Below, piece after piece: positions 1-13,752 of a DNA stretch of 64,000 nt. The stretch's first letter is position 1. Each line of letters begins with the position of its first letter. Source of the stretch: Lingula anatina (Eukaryota; Animalia; Brachiopoda); NCBI GenBank assembly GCA_051362555.1, contig CM120642.1:19530001-19594000 (forward strand). Reading direction: 5' to 3'. Both the position numbers and the translations under genes were made by a program. A model generated the notes under the pieces. That model had not been told where the DNA came from, searched no databases, and saw only the letters and a list, made by a program, of their open reading frames with translations.

Positions 1-1860
1 ACAAGTGTACACTGTACATATTATTTTCAAGAACGTTTCATTTCAATTTTAATGCAAAATCGCTTTTTTCGAGTTTGAATATGCTCCAGGCATTAGATTG
101 GTGATGTCTGAATTATCGACTACCATTTCATACGGTTTTCGTCATGTCAGACATTTAAAGCTGAGGGTCCTTTGTTTCTTTTGAGGTACGTCTACGCGCA
201 GCAACAAGTACCCTTAGCATTTGCTTAAAATTTCAAGTAAAAGAAACAAGAAAAATCATTCCAAAGCATATAAGGGTACTTAACTAAACATATTACAAAC
301 AAAATCCTGAATGTTTTCAATGGTAAGGAATCTGTGATATGATGGTTAGCTGTCTTTCTCAAAAAAGTTTAATTCTATCTAGTCAAATCGTTTTCATTCT
401 CTCCCATTGGTTCGAAGTCGAAAACTCCCTGTATTTTATTAAGACTTAAAGCTCTCTTCCATAATAATCCAACAGTCACACTTGCCAATCTTCGCAATGT
501 GTGTCAAGTCAAGGACGCTTTGGCAGACGTGTTACACCTTTGAGATTGCTTTTTCGTGATGTTGCTTTATTTCCTTTCACATGTCTTTATGTTTACCACT
601 AATTCGGTTGTCGTCATTATATAGTGATAGTTAGATCACGAAGGGGCCTATATAACAGGTGATTTTCAACTCGTTATATTCAAAATGTGTGTGTGTGTGT
701 GTGTGTGTGTGTGGGCGTTACAGAATCATAATCGATCCGTAGGCATTCGTATGTATTCTTAACTCATTTGGGGATTCGTGAATCCCTGGATTGACCACGA
801 ATCAGCTACCAATCAGTCACGAATCCCACGAATATTTGCTTAAGTTTGGACATAGGGGAAATACCACGAAATATCAAGAATAGTCCAGAAATCACTTTTA
901 TTCGTACCCAACTCATGCATGCATTCGGCATATGCTTAACTGATTCCTTATTGATTCGTAACGTTCGTGCAGTATTCATAATAGATTCTCATAAATCGTG
1001 GTGAATTCTTGACAATTCTAGCCGAATCCCACGAATATTCGTAACACCATCGCTCCTGTTCCGTAACTGAATTGTAGAGTGTATCGAATTAGGCCAGAAA
1101 ATTTGCAAATTCCCACGAATTCTGAAATTTGTCAATTCCTGGCGGTTCGTGGGATTTGTGGTCTGTGTGAAATAGGGGCAGTAGTATTTGCTTAAAATGT
1201 CTTTTATGGTTAGAGATGTATAATATGATAGTCAGTTATCTTCTTCAAAAAGTTAAATTCAATCTTAGTCTAATCGTTTTCATTCTCTTCTATTCATTCA
1301 AAGTCTGCATTTTAATAAGACTTAAAACTCTCTTCCATAATAATCAAACAGTCACACTGGCCAACCCTTGCAAAGCATGTCAAATTACGGACACCATGAC
1401 ATACGTGCTACACCTTATGTTTTGATTGTTCGACGTTTGGCTTTATTTCCTTTCAGACGTCTTTGTGTTTATCTGTAATTTCTTTTTCACCATTTTTAGT
1501 GATAGATAAATCTCTTTGTATAGCAGGTGGTTTTGATCTAGTCAAATTCGAAATGTGTGTTTATGTGTGTGCGCACGTGTTTTCTCAAAATCTGCCATGA
1601 GCCATCATTGATTTATACATGTCCTCTGAAACAGTATTATTTCTATAAGCTGCGTTTTTGGACCAAGGTGTTTGAAAGGAGTACCCCTGGTGTCAACTTC
1701 AATGTCCACCCTATTTCAATACCCCCTGTACCTAATAAAGTTATCTGAATAGCTAGCCTTGCGGCAACAACTCACTATCCCTTGTGGCAGCAATTAAGCT
1801 ATATATGTAATAATAAATGTATGTTCGGTTTTATACGAGTGTCCATATTTTTTTCAAGAA
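1..1860. repeat. Degenerate long-period repeat array, block 1
   Basis: Marker aacagtcacact.gccaa.c.ttgcaa.gcatgtcaaat...tacgtgctacacctta at ~470 and ~1348. Confidence 0.8.
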
Positions 1861-1970
1861 AACGGTTGAACACTCGTTATGTCATTTTTTATTTATTTAT
1901 TTTTATTTATTTATTTATTTTTATTTTTATTTTTATTATTATTATTATTATTTTATTTTATTTATTTATT

Positions 1971-2009
<39 letters not shown>

Positions 2010-2126
2010 TTAAGCAGGTAAAAAAAAGGTAGAAAAATAGAAAATGCAGGGGTATCGCATGGCCATAATCTAGTCAGATGTAGAATACTTACCATGATTG
2101 GATTATAATACCCTCTCAACAAACTT

Positions 2127-2645
2127 TTTATGTCTCCTCCATCTCGGTGTACCACAAACTTTTATAGTCTCATTCATAGCAAGAAAGAAGGTAACAAGGA
2201 ATATTGTTTGTTCGTGATTTGGCCAAACCAGGCCGCTTTTATTATATAACCCCTCCATCCTAATCGTTTTAACAATAATAACAATGTAGCAAATTGTTGC
2301 CTGTATTAAATGTTATGGCCTTAGGGATAAAAATTATATATCAAATATTCAATGAGACTCATCATCCTAAAAATTATGATGCGACGAGTCAGCAAAAGTT
2401 ATTATTTACCAACAATTTTGCACAAATTTCATTTGTGGGGTTGCAAAGAGGCCCCCACTATGTCGAATATTCAATAACACTAGTTACCCTAAGAAGTGAT
2501 TCAGTATAAGCTACAGTATAGCATCCAATTCAGCTTGTCTGATTGCAAAGGCGAGGCCGATGCATTGCCTATTGCAGGATTCTCAATACAAATCTACATA
2601 AGTACCGGCATGACAATGCTGTTAGCGGGTGACCTAACCCCTACT

Positions 2646-2706
<61 letters not shown>

Positions 2707-4167
2707 GGAAGGGGGGAGGTTCAGTTTTTCCCATATGCTGAAAACAGCTGGAAGAGTGAACTCTCTGTAATTGCCATGCCATCCTAGCTTGCACCTTACT
2801 AGTTGATTAGTATTATAGTTAACAGTTTTAAGTGGTTATCTGTGGAAGAATAAAACGTGAACGAAGAAGCAGAGTCGGGGATAACCTACATACGTATGTT
2901 CTAATACAACCGATCCCCTTATATTCCTGATTTCAACAAATGTAGAGATGGACCCGCAAGGCTTGCTGGGCCGTATTATGAGAAAAGCATGACTGGGTCT
3001 TAAAAATAGAGTCAAAATTCTCATACAACATGAAAACAGCAGGTACACAAGTTGGATTTTTGCAACACTCATGTCACAACACATTGAAATGACTAATAAT
3101 CGTGTAAGCAAAAACCGGGAATGGAGCCTGTTTCGCCCCTAAAACGGTGTATGTCAGATTCATATACAGCTGTTCCAATGACCTCTGCAGTATGCACAGA
3201 TCAAAAATGGACCCGCAAGGCTTGCTGGGCCACTGTTCGATATATTTAAAAAGTAATCGGAAAATGAACCCACTAAAATTTTCATGTGACAATGTCACAT
3301 ACTCTTATAAAGGTGACACAATATCATCTGAACTCAGGAGAATGTCATATGGAACGAAGAGACTTGATATGTGGCTGGTGGTGGGCATTGTAAGAAGTCT
3401 ACGGCTACAAGTGAAAAATCAAAACTCTTAACACCATATGTCAATAATAATGTTTGATCAACCCGCAAGACTTGCTGGGCTGATGACTGTCCAGTACAGA
3501 GGTAGCCTTTAAAGGACCTGTAAAGTCATTCGCAATGACTACCCACATACAATTTCTTCTCCTTTTCCTCTGGATTAGGAAGATGGTGTGGATGCTGCAA
3601 TGCGTGGACCACAGATTGACATAAACAACAGCCGTCCTTCAGTTGAAGATGCAAAAGTTTAACTTGTTAAAGACAAGACTCCAACCATTCATTGCTCTAG
3701 ATGAATACATCCAAAGAATTCACTGTGGCATTACTGGTAGGCGTCTGTACTGGCACATTCGCTGGGCAGTGGTGCTCTTGACAGGTATACAACACTGAAA
3801 AATCAAAGTAAAAACGCACGCAGTATGATGGTCAAATATAATGCAAGCAAAGTTCGGTCAGCAGAGGAGACAAATGTGGTATGAAGGTGGAGAGGGGGAT
3901 GGTGGTGGGTGAAATTTTTTGAACTGAAGATTTCAGTTGCAGATTTGAGATCACTTGTAGCTTAATTGTATCATGCTCGTGAACAGAATGAATCAAGCAA
4001 AATGAGGCCAGGCAGTGATGCCCCATGGTATAAGTAGCAACATGTGCCTCTAAGGAGATTACCCCTCTAGGGCACAATTGAGCATGAGCAGAATGCACAT
4101 GTGCTTAAATAAGCTCTCTGGAGATTGTTGTCGCCATAAAATGTCGTTTGACTACGCCAAACTTTCC
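2127..4167 (+). mobile_element. Non-autonomous Helentron/Helitron-like element, copy A
   Basis: Starts TTTATGTCTCCTCC and ends CATAAAA-TGTC-GTTTG ACTACGC CAAAC-TTTCC (short subterminal inverted repeat plus 3' stem-loop). Inserted in a T-run with no TSD, and absent from the homologous position near 29040. Confidence 0.6.
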
Positions 4168-4689
4168 TTTATGTCTCCTCCATCTCAGTGTACCACAAAC
4201 TTTTATAGTCTCATTCATAGCAAGAAAGAAGGTAACAAGGAATATTGTTTGTTCGTGATTTGGCCAAACCAGGCCGCTTTTATTATATAACCCCTCTAAC
4301 CTAATCGTTTTAACAATAATAACAATGTAGCAAATTGTTGCCTGTATTAAATGTTATGGCCTTAGGGATAAAAATTATATATCAAATATTCAATGAGACT
4401 CATCATCCTAAAACTTATGATGCGACGAGTCAGCAAAAGTTATTATTTACCAACAATTTTGCACAAATTTCATTTGTGGGGTTGCAAAGAGGCCATAACC
4501 TTGACTGGTGCCCTGGGCACTGGGCAAGGAAAACCCCACAAAGGAAAGAATGAAGTAGTCCAATGCAGTTTGGAGAACAATGAATTTCCACAAAAATAAT
4601 GGCTAGTAGTAAAAAGAAAATGAGTAAGTAAATGAATTATGAAAGCTTCCATGCACATACACAAACTTTTGATAGTGGGGAAAAAGATA

Positions 4690-5560
4690 AATAACCCTGT
4701 TAAGAAGGCATGCCTATTGACCCGTCACAGTAGGGAAGAAAGTATAAGTAAATAAACAAATATGTCATAAAAGCATGCCAATCAACCCGACGTAGCGGGG
4801 AGGATAATATAATTAAATAAATAAATAAATAAATAAATATGTCATAAAAGCATGCCACTCAACCCGACGTAGTGGGGAGGATAGTAAATAATTGTCATAA
4901 AAGCATGCCGCTCAACCCGACATAGCGGGGAGGATAATATAAATAAATAAATATGTCATAAAAGCATGCCACTCAACCCGACGTAGCAGGGAGTATAATA
5001 TAATTAAATAAATACAAAAAAATAAATAAATAATTATGTCATAAAAGCATGCCACTCAACCCGACATAGTGGGGAGGATAATATAAATAAATAAATATGT
5101 CATAAAAGCATGCCGCTCAACCCGACATAGCGGGGAGGATAATATAAATAAATAAATATGTCATAAAAGCATGCCACTCAACCCGACGTAGCAGGGAGTA
5201 TAATATAATTAAATAAATACAAAAAAATAAATAAAAAATTATGTCATAAAAGCATGCCACTCAACCCGACATAGTGGGGAGGATAATATAAATAAATAAA
5301 TATGTCATAAAAGCATGCCGCTCAACCCGACGTAGCGGGGAGGATAATATAAATAAATAAATATGTCATAAAAGCATGCCGCTCAACCCGACGTAGCAGG
5401 GAGGATAATATAAATAAATAAACAAGTATGTGCTAAAAGCATGCCGCTCTACCCAACATACTGATGAGGAACGCATAAATAAATAAATAAATAAAGAACT
5501 ATGTTGGAAAAGCATGCTGTTAGTCCCGATGCAGTGGGAAGTAAAATATAAATAAATAAA
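4690..5560. repeat. Tandem minisatellite, ~60-76 bp unit
   Basis: About 12 copies of atatgtcataaaagcatgcc(a/g)ctcaacccgac(g/a)tag(c/t)ggggaggataatat(aaat)n, with variants recurring about every third unit. Confidence 0.95.
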
Positions 5561-5879
5561 CTGCCTGTGGCATAGAAAGATGTCAGAAAAAATAAGATGA
5601 AATGACATTAATGCTGTATGAGAAAAATAAATAAATAAATAAATGAAATGGAGAGGTTTGAAACTGTGCAGCATGCATGGTGTATAAGGGGCCTGAAGAG
5701 GCCTTAATCTTGGTAGGAAACAAATTGGCTCTAAAAGGGGAGAATCTGTTTGAGAAACTGGTAAAGGAAATGTAGCTTGACCTTGAGAAGGACATAATTT
5801 GGTAACGAAACGAATGTATGTAAGGCAATGTAAAGGTCGAAATCTACTTAAGAAGCTGGTTTAGAAATGAATGTGCAAG

Positions 5880-7230
5880 ATGCCCTGAAAAATTTGTAAA
5901 CTGGTAAAAAAAAAAGGTGAACATTGGCCCTGCAAAGGACAGAATCTGGTTAAGAAACAAATGTGCCCTGAAAAGGACAGAATCTGGTGAAGAAACGAAT
6001 GTGCCCTGAAAAGGGCAGAATCTGGTTAAGAAGTAAGTGTACCATAGCCTTGAAAAGGTCAGAGAATGGTAAAGAACACAACATACATAGACCCTGAAAA
6101 GGTCAGAAACTAGTAACAAATGTGAACCTTGGTCCTGAAAAGGACAGAATCTGGTTAAAAGCAAATGTGCCCTGAAAAGGACAAGATCTGATTAAGAAGG
6201 AAGTGTACCATAGCATTGAAAAGGTCAGAAACTGGTTAAGAACACAACATACATAGACCCTGAAAAGATCAGAAACAGGTAAAGAAAGGTGAACCTTGGT
6301 CCTGAAAAGGACAGAATCTGGTTAAAAACGAATGTGCCCTGAAAAGGACAAGATCTGATTAAGAAGGAAGAGTACCATAGCCTTGAAAAGGTGAGAAACT
6401 GGTAAAGAACACAACAATACATAGACCCTGAAAGGTCAGAAACTAGTAACAAATGTGAACCTTGGTCCTGAAAAGGACAGAATCTGGTTAATAACGAATG
6501 TGCCCTGAAAAGGACAGAATCTGGTTAAGAAGTGAATGTGCCCTGCAAAGGACAAGATCCGATTAAGAAAGAAGTGTACCGTAGGATTGAAAAGGTCAGA
6601 AACTGGTAAAGAACAAAACATACATAGACCATGAAAAGATCAGAAACTGGTAAACAAAGGTGAACTTTGGTCCTGAAAAGGACAGAATCTGGTTAAAAAA
6701 CAAAAGGAGAGAATCTGATTAGGAAGGAAATGTACCATAACCTTGAAAAGGTCAGAAATTGGTTAAGGACACAGCAAACATAGACCCTGAAAAGGTCAGA
6801 AACTGGTAGAGAACACAACGTACATAAACCCTAAAAAGGTCAGAAACTGGTAAAGAAAGGTGAACCTTGGTCCTGAAAAGGACAGAATCTCGTTAAAAAA
6901 CCAATGTGCACAAGGCTCTGAAAAGAAGTACGTGTACCTTGGCCTAGAAAAGGTCGGGATCCGGATAAGAGAGCAAATGTGTATGAGGCCCTGAAAAGGA
7001 CAGAATTTGTTTAACAAACTAAAGTGCACAAGGCCCTGAAAAAGGCCGGATTCTGATTATGAAGGAAGTTTACCTTGATCCTGGTTAAGAAAGCAACGTG
7101 GATGAGGCCCTAAAAAGGTCAGAAACTGACCTAGAAAGGAAGTGTACCTTGGCCCTGAAAAGGTCGTGATCCAGTTAAGTGACCAATTTACTTGAGGCCC
7201 TGAAAAGGTCAGAGTCTGATTAAGAAAAGT
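5880..7230. repeat. Tandem minisatellite, ~38-43 bp unit with higher-order structure
   Basis: Roughly 30 copies of ccctgaaaagg(a/t)cagaa(t/a)ctggttaa... with recurring variant spacers. Confidence 0.95.
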
Positions 7231-9683
7231 GAAAGGGGGGGGGGGGGGGGGGTAGTTCAACTTACTGAGAGAAATTCTTTCTGATGGGTCCATGCTTATT
7301 AGGCTTAAGTTTGTATTGCCCCATGTCCGAAAGGTGTGCTCCAACCCGAGTGGCATTCAGCAAACAAAGTGAAAACTTATATTATTATTACTATTATCAT
7401 TATTATTATTATTATTATAATTATTAGAACCAAACCCTCGATGATTGAGGAAACTAGTGAATGAAATGTCCTCTTAAGATGCTTGCCTGGTTGCCAGGGT
7501 GTACATCTGGAATTATGTCAGACTCCTGTCTTTGTTCTTAAGACTGTATGTTATCATGGGGTACATGTACACTTTACATGAAGGTTTGAATCATGGTCTT
7601 ATTTACTACCGAGGAGGCTAAATTTCCAAGATGAAGCCGTTTATTTTGTTTTTGGAAGAATTCTTTATTCTCAAATATACGGCTAGTTGTCATGTTAGCC
7701 TCTAAAATAACCGATGCCCAAGATAATTATTAAATTGACGTATATTATAAAATGCGTTCTTCTATTTCAACCACTGGTCCTAAAAACATTAGGATTTCAA
7801 AAGCATGTCTAAGCTAGTGTGCATTTTTGAAGCTCATATATATATATATATATATATATTATATAAATTTTATGTTTTAGCTTGTTGTGAGTTCAGATGT
7901 ATTACTTAATAGTCGCCACTGAATTTGAATGATTAAAGTAATTCAGTCTATTTCGCCAGTAACTCGTAATTCCAGTGTATTTGTTCATCTTTATAGCTCG
8001 TATTTATCTTTAGAGAACTACTACTGGGCAGCTGTCAGCCTTTATCACTATCATAACAGGTGGCCAGGATGTATTAGCTATGGTGAGGGCATAATTACCC
8101 TCAGCAGTAGGGTCAGGGATTGTAAGCCTCTATCAACTGCTTAATGAAGGGACCAGCCTCAGTTAATAGGTCATAGAAGGGTCGTAAAGCTAGGTTGTAA
8201 TTTTAATTTAAATCAGAGAACAGGAGACTTTTCATGGAGCCTTGTGACTTGAAAATGGGTCAGAAATACATGTTTTTACGATTAACTAGGGTGGGAAAGT
8301 TTTGCAATATCCCACTGAAAGCTGAAACAGAGAAGTCCTAAGAAAATGGACAGAGGTTATTGAATATGATAAAAATGAAGGCACTGTGCTTCAATAAGTA
8401 GTTAAATCTTCCATATCTGGGGGACTTGTAATACCCATGCAAAATTATCCTGCTTACTGAAAAGTGAAAAGCTAATAACTATTTACTTTTCTGACTTAAT
8501 TAAGATGCTCTATCAGTGGTAATGCCCTAAGTAAGTGAACCCAAGTAGTAGATATGTGTGAAGGGGGGGGGGGGTGATATAAGACCACAAATTTTCTTCA
8601 GAAGACTTAAAGAAAGAGTTATAAATGTGAAACTCAATGATAAGTAAACAGTAGGTGTAAATGGTAACTTCAGTGCTAACAAAAACGAATAGTTGATGAG
8701 GAAAGGAGGGTTGATTTTTGGATTGAGCTGGATTATAATGATGTGCACTTCAGTCTGAGCAAGATACTCTACCTTGCTAAGGTATCTACCCTGAACAGTG
8801 AAACGTCTGACGAGGAATATGATAGAAGTGGGAAACTAAAAGTAGGTAACTGAATCGGCATAACATGTGCCCATGCGATATCCATTAAATTTCGGGACAT
8901 TGCGTCCGCCTATGTCATCAGGTGACTGGAGATTCTACACGCAAGGACCCTTAATTTTTTTGTGCAGTCGCAGTGACAGCTATCGGAGCAAACAAGCGAC
9001 TCCTGAATAAAGAACATATTGTCAACTGCAACTGCTAAATAGCTAGAGAAACTAAAACTTACCGCATTCATGTAACAGTCAGCAATTTGTACTGTTGATC
9101 CTTGCTTGAAGTTGTGCAGAATCTGTCACTGTACGCTTCAACAGATCGACTGAACTGCTGGAAAGTTCTCATAGAGGTAAAATGAAATTTTTTTGAACTG
9201 AAGATTTCAGTTGCAGATTTGAGATAACTTGTAGCTTAATTGTATCATGCTCGTGAACAGAATGAATCAAGCAAAATGAGGCCAGGCAGTGATGCCCCAT
9301 GGTATAAGTAGCAACATGTGCCTCTAAGGAGATTACCCCTCTAGGGCACAATTGAGCATGAGCAGAATGCACATGTGCTTAAATAAGCTCTCTGGAGATT
9401 GTTGTCGCCATAAAATGTCGTTTGACTACGCCAAACTTTCCTTTCTTTAAATGATATTGCAAATACCGAGAATGAAGTTTTTTCCTTCGTCTAATTATTC
9501 AATAATGCATCTATCTTTGCACTGATTTAAAACAAAACACTTTGAAATATAAAATATCGGCGTTTACAATTCTCGTTATAATGTATGAGCGTAGGCAAGT
9601 CAAAGCTTTAATCATCAATTTAACACTTTCTATTTTGAGTTGAGATAGCAATCGGAATGGAGCGTAATTCCATCCCTGAATGA

Positions 9684-9885
9684 GACCCCATTCCCAGAGT
9701 TTAGATCGATCCAACTAGATCGACCTAACTCCCTGTAAATAGCTGTCAACCAAGCGGGCACGAAAGTCAATTACCCCCTTACAGCTTGTAGGAGGCGGGA
9801 CGGACATTTAAGCTGGGTTATCTGACAGTAATCTAGTGAGACTCCCCACGGGGATAGATCAATCTAAAATCTATGGGAATGCACC
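9684..9885. mobile_element. MITE with Harbinger-type termini
   Basis: Inverted termini cattcccagagtttagatcgatc / gatcaatctaaaatctatgggaatgcaccc; absent from the duplicate near 29285. Confidence 0.55.
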
Positions 9886-12800
9886 CTAAGATTTAATCAC
9901 GAAAATTGGCAGAGTTGACCACGAGTTTATAGGCTAAAATCCCGTGCCGGCATTATGGTTTAAATGTTTTTGTTATAGAATTACATGTATGAGCCCCAAT
10001 TTCCCGGTAACGATAAAATTTGAATTGATGATTTTAAGAAAAAATTGCTGCCAGGGTTTTGGAGTACTAAAGGATGTCATTAAATAGGTTGAAGTTAAAT
10101 CAGTTAAAACGGTGACAACATTGTATGGATAGACAGTAACATTAATATTATAAACCGAATCAAATGTGAGAAATAGTTCGTATTGCATAGCTTTATCAGT
10201 GCCTTTTGTATCATTAAGGGAATATTTTTGCTAAGTATTGGATGGAGGCAAGAGAGAGAGAAAAATTCCTTAAATTGATTTCAGATGTATCATATTGCGT
10301 TACTTTGTGTTTTAGGTAGAACAAACACACACACACACACACATATATAATTTATTGGTCACAATAAAGGGATTTATATGTGATGAGGGTATTAATGTGA
10401 TGTAAGATGCCCAGGGAAATTCCCAGTGACTAAGATAGGTTGATAGAAAGATAAGCTCCAGATGTTTCTTCCCTAATTACAGACAGGATGTCTCGGCTTT
10501 GTATTTCACGCTGTTAAGTTAATTACTACCAAGTGACACTGGTCAGATACCAGTATAGCAAAACCTGATTGGACAGTACAACCTAGTCTCATTATGATCA
10601 GCCAATCAGAATCATAAGGAGTTCAGCTTCACCAAAAACAAAGAACACTCTCTCTCACTTCCTTAGAAATTTTCAACCTAGCAGTACATGCTCAGGAGAG
10701 AGGAGTTTTTAGTGAATTTCATAAAGTTTCTCAAACCCAACCCTGTCCCTCCCTAATGTTCCCTGATTTATTCACACTACAAAACAATTATTAATTCTAT
10801 GTATCATTATTATATGTATGGTATTTATGTTCAGAAATATTTGACATATAGGTAAGCCTCTATGGGTAAGCAGTTCTCCTTTTGTTTAAGTCAACATACA
10901 GGGCATAACCTTAGCATAGGGCACATATGGCAGTTATAAGGCCAAGAGAGACAACTCTATTAGTGGGCTGTCAGAGCATTGAGGAAACCTACGTCCCCTT
11001 CCTGAAGGGTAGGGGTTGCGCAGCTCGCTCTCAGCATCGGCAGAATTTTGGACATAAAATTCATCTAAAACATATTGCCATGTGTGGGCCCTTTTTCCCT
11101 CCATCTTTGCTGAAATGTAAATTATATCTTTAAGCTTGAAAATTATATAACATGCATGATTTTCATTCATAGATTCTCAGTATTTTTCATTCGTACTTTG
11201 AACATTAATCAAAGTGCAAATGTCAATAACATGGCATTTTCAACCTACATCTATTTGATTCTATTGTGTCGTGTATGATAACAAATTTTGACAGCAAACT
11301 AGCCTCGGCGACTCCTCTCAATTCATGCACTCATATATATATATATATCGTCCTTGTTTTATTTAGTATCCTTAGAAAATAATTAACGGACTTAAGTTAC
11401 ACTGATTGTTTTCTCAGTTTTTAATTTTCTCGAGATTCGTGAAAATATGTAATGAAATAAAATATGTAATGAAAGAAAGTGACAATTTGCATGGTAATTG
11501 TTGTTTTGACTTATAAGAGCATTATAACAATAATGTCAATTTTGTGAAGATATGATGTGTTGGTAGGAAGGACCTTTGAGTGGGGGCGGAGCAAGCAGGA
11601 AAAAAGGAGCGACATGAGATGGGGGAGAAAGGGGGTTTTGGCAAAAAGAGCTATATATGATTAATGATTAACCAATGATTAAAAAAAAGGTCACCTGACC
11701 GCTGACGTGCTTGGAAAAGGAAGAGACTGAATTTCGGGCTTCTGCACAGATTTCGTCTTACAATAGATTTTTTTAAATATACCAGAGGTGCACCGAATAT
11801 ATACGATTGTACTTTATTAAGTTTAACTGTAAGAAAATATATATCCTAAGTTAATTACATTTCACCTTACATTCACTAGACTGGCCATAGCCTCGTGATC
11901 AAAACAATTTGAACTCCATGGCTTCTGTAATATCCCTGTGACCCTCAGTTGAAAACCCATAATCACTTTTAAGTATTCACGGTGATAATTATATGTTCTT
12001 CTTAATCTGAAAGAAATACTCTCAAGATTACCATTGTCATAAAAGAGAGTACAAAATTCACATTTTGGTCTGACAACCAAATTGCTCCACTGTAGACTTT
12101 TTTTCCAGTCACCACTCTGTCTGTCATTCAACTATACTGTTTCAAACTAACGTAACGCCAATACAATCATCCAGTACAATAAGCAAAAACAACAGAACAA
12201 ATAATAATAATAATAATAAAGCCACAAAAATACAATAGTAAATTATTCTCGATCTGTATCAAACATTCATTTAATTCATTGAAAAATAAAGGAATATGAG
12301 TTAGTGAAGTTTCCTAATTTAACATTTTAGGAATTTTCTTTACTAACAACCTCAATGTTAATAATTCCATTGGAGCATATGGTAAATCGGAGCATATAGA
12401 AAAGCAAATGCTTTCAAAGTGACTGACCAGTCACTTTAAGCGAAAATCAACCCTTATAAATTATGTTATAGGCCAAAAACAAGTGATAATGATTGGTGAG
12501 TACGAGAAAATTGTTCATTTACCCGGGAAAATATATTCGGCGGGTAAATCCTGTGGGGTGTACCCTTAACTTTCTGTAGTATTAGGAACAATGTAGTTGT
12601 TTCTCTTAATTTTCTAAACATAGCTTTGCATTATCCAATGTGATGGTTTTCTGAAGTGACAGCATTTGATTTTACCAGGGCATTGGCACCGGAGAATTAA
12701 AATACCTGTAAAATTGTGCCTTTGACCAAGTGCCTTTGACCAAATGGGTTTTTTATTTTGCACTGCTCTCTGATTTACCTAGGGTAACACACAGGGCAAT

Positions 12801-13465
12801 TCTATTCCACAACAGAGCTAATTAAAATTTGATGCACCTGCACATGACCTGATGAGATCAGTTTGACACGTTTAAGTTGGCGTACATAAAACACTTGTGT
12901 GCCTGAATTTTATAGATGTATTCAACGCGTTCAGAACATTTAAGGTTGTTAGTAATGAAAACAGGACGGTTAGTAATGAAAACACCACATAAGTTACGCT
13001 TCAGAAAACTATTTGAAGGGTTAAATTATTTAATGGCATATGTAAGGTTTCATAATAAGCTGTGGATGGCATTGGCAAAAAATAAGCAATTTGGGAATTT
13101 TCTAACCCATGGAATGTTGTATAACACCCAACACTTTCTTTTTTCTTTAAAGAGCTTTTAGGGGCTTTTGCTTATCTTAATCTCATTGCATACATCTTTT
13201 CTTCTTCAATTTTTAGTTACACATATCTGTATAACTTCCGTCTTTTGGTGGATATTTCTGTAAATAAACTTATTAGTATTTATCATAGCTATAATATTAA
13301 CACAAAAATGATAATAAAAAATACTGACAATAAGCATTAAAAATAGCACAAAATACTCTCATTAATTCAAAAACTCATACGTTGTAAACAACCTTTACAT
13401 ATGTTCTTCGTTAAGTTATTAAAAACCTACATTTTTACTCATTTTCACTTTAACGACAGGCCTTA

Positions 13466-13558
13466 ATAGTCAGAAAGGTTTCATTTATGCTAGATCCTGA
13501 AATTTGATTTACCAAAACAAATTTCTGGATCTAGCATAAATGAAACCTTTCTGACTAT
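13466..13558. repeat. 93-bp hairpin (41-bp stem, one mismatch) in the 3'UTR of paralogue 1
   Basis: atagtcagaaaggtttcatttatgctagatcctgaaatttg ... caaatttctggatctagcataaatgaaacctttctgactat; absent from paralogue 2. Confidence 0.95.
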
Positions 13559-13752
13559 CACAATTAAGATCCAATGAAACTATTTTCACATTTGAACGAC
13601 GGGTCTATTTGAAAGATTTGGATTACACTGGTATCAGAAATGCACACCCCCTATAATTTGCATGTCCACAAGCATTTTTATCGGCAACCATAGATCATCA
13701 TTTCAGAGAAACAAATAGACATTTACAACGTAAACTTTACTGCATTTCACAT

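Larger units (their letters stand above)
4168..9441 (+). mobile_element. Same family, copy B, joined head-to-tail to copy A and carrying internal satellite arrays
   Basis: Shares ~325 bp at the 5' end (4168-4493 vs 2127-2452) and ~260 bp at the 3' end (9183-9441 vs 3910-4167) with copy A. The interior differs. Confidence 0.6.

Noticed and set aside
2294-4553. Repeated short ORFs (MLPVLNVMALG..., MIQYKLQ..., MHSAHAQ...)
   Set aside because: They recur only because the underlying element is repeated; several use non-ATG starts and none shows a recognisable domain.
4690-5560. CRISPR-like repeat-spacer array
   Set aside because: The intervening segments are (AAAT)n variants rather than unique spacers, the context is eukaryotic and there are no cas genes. 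It is a minisatellite.
10290-11350. Possible solo LTR inserted in duplication unit 1
   Set aside because: It is copy-specific and has CCAAT-like motifs, but no TG..CA boundaries with a TSD could be defined.
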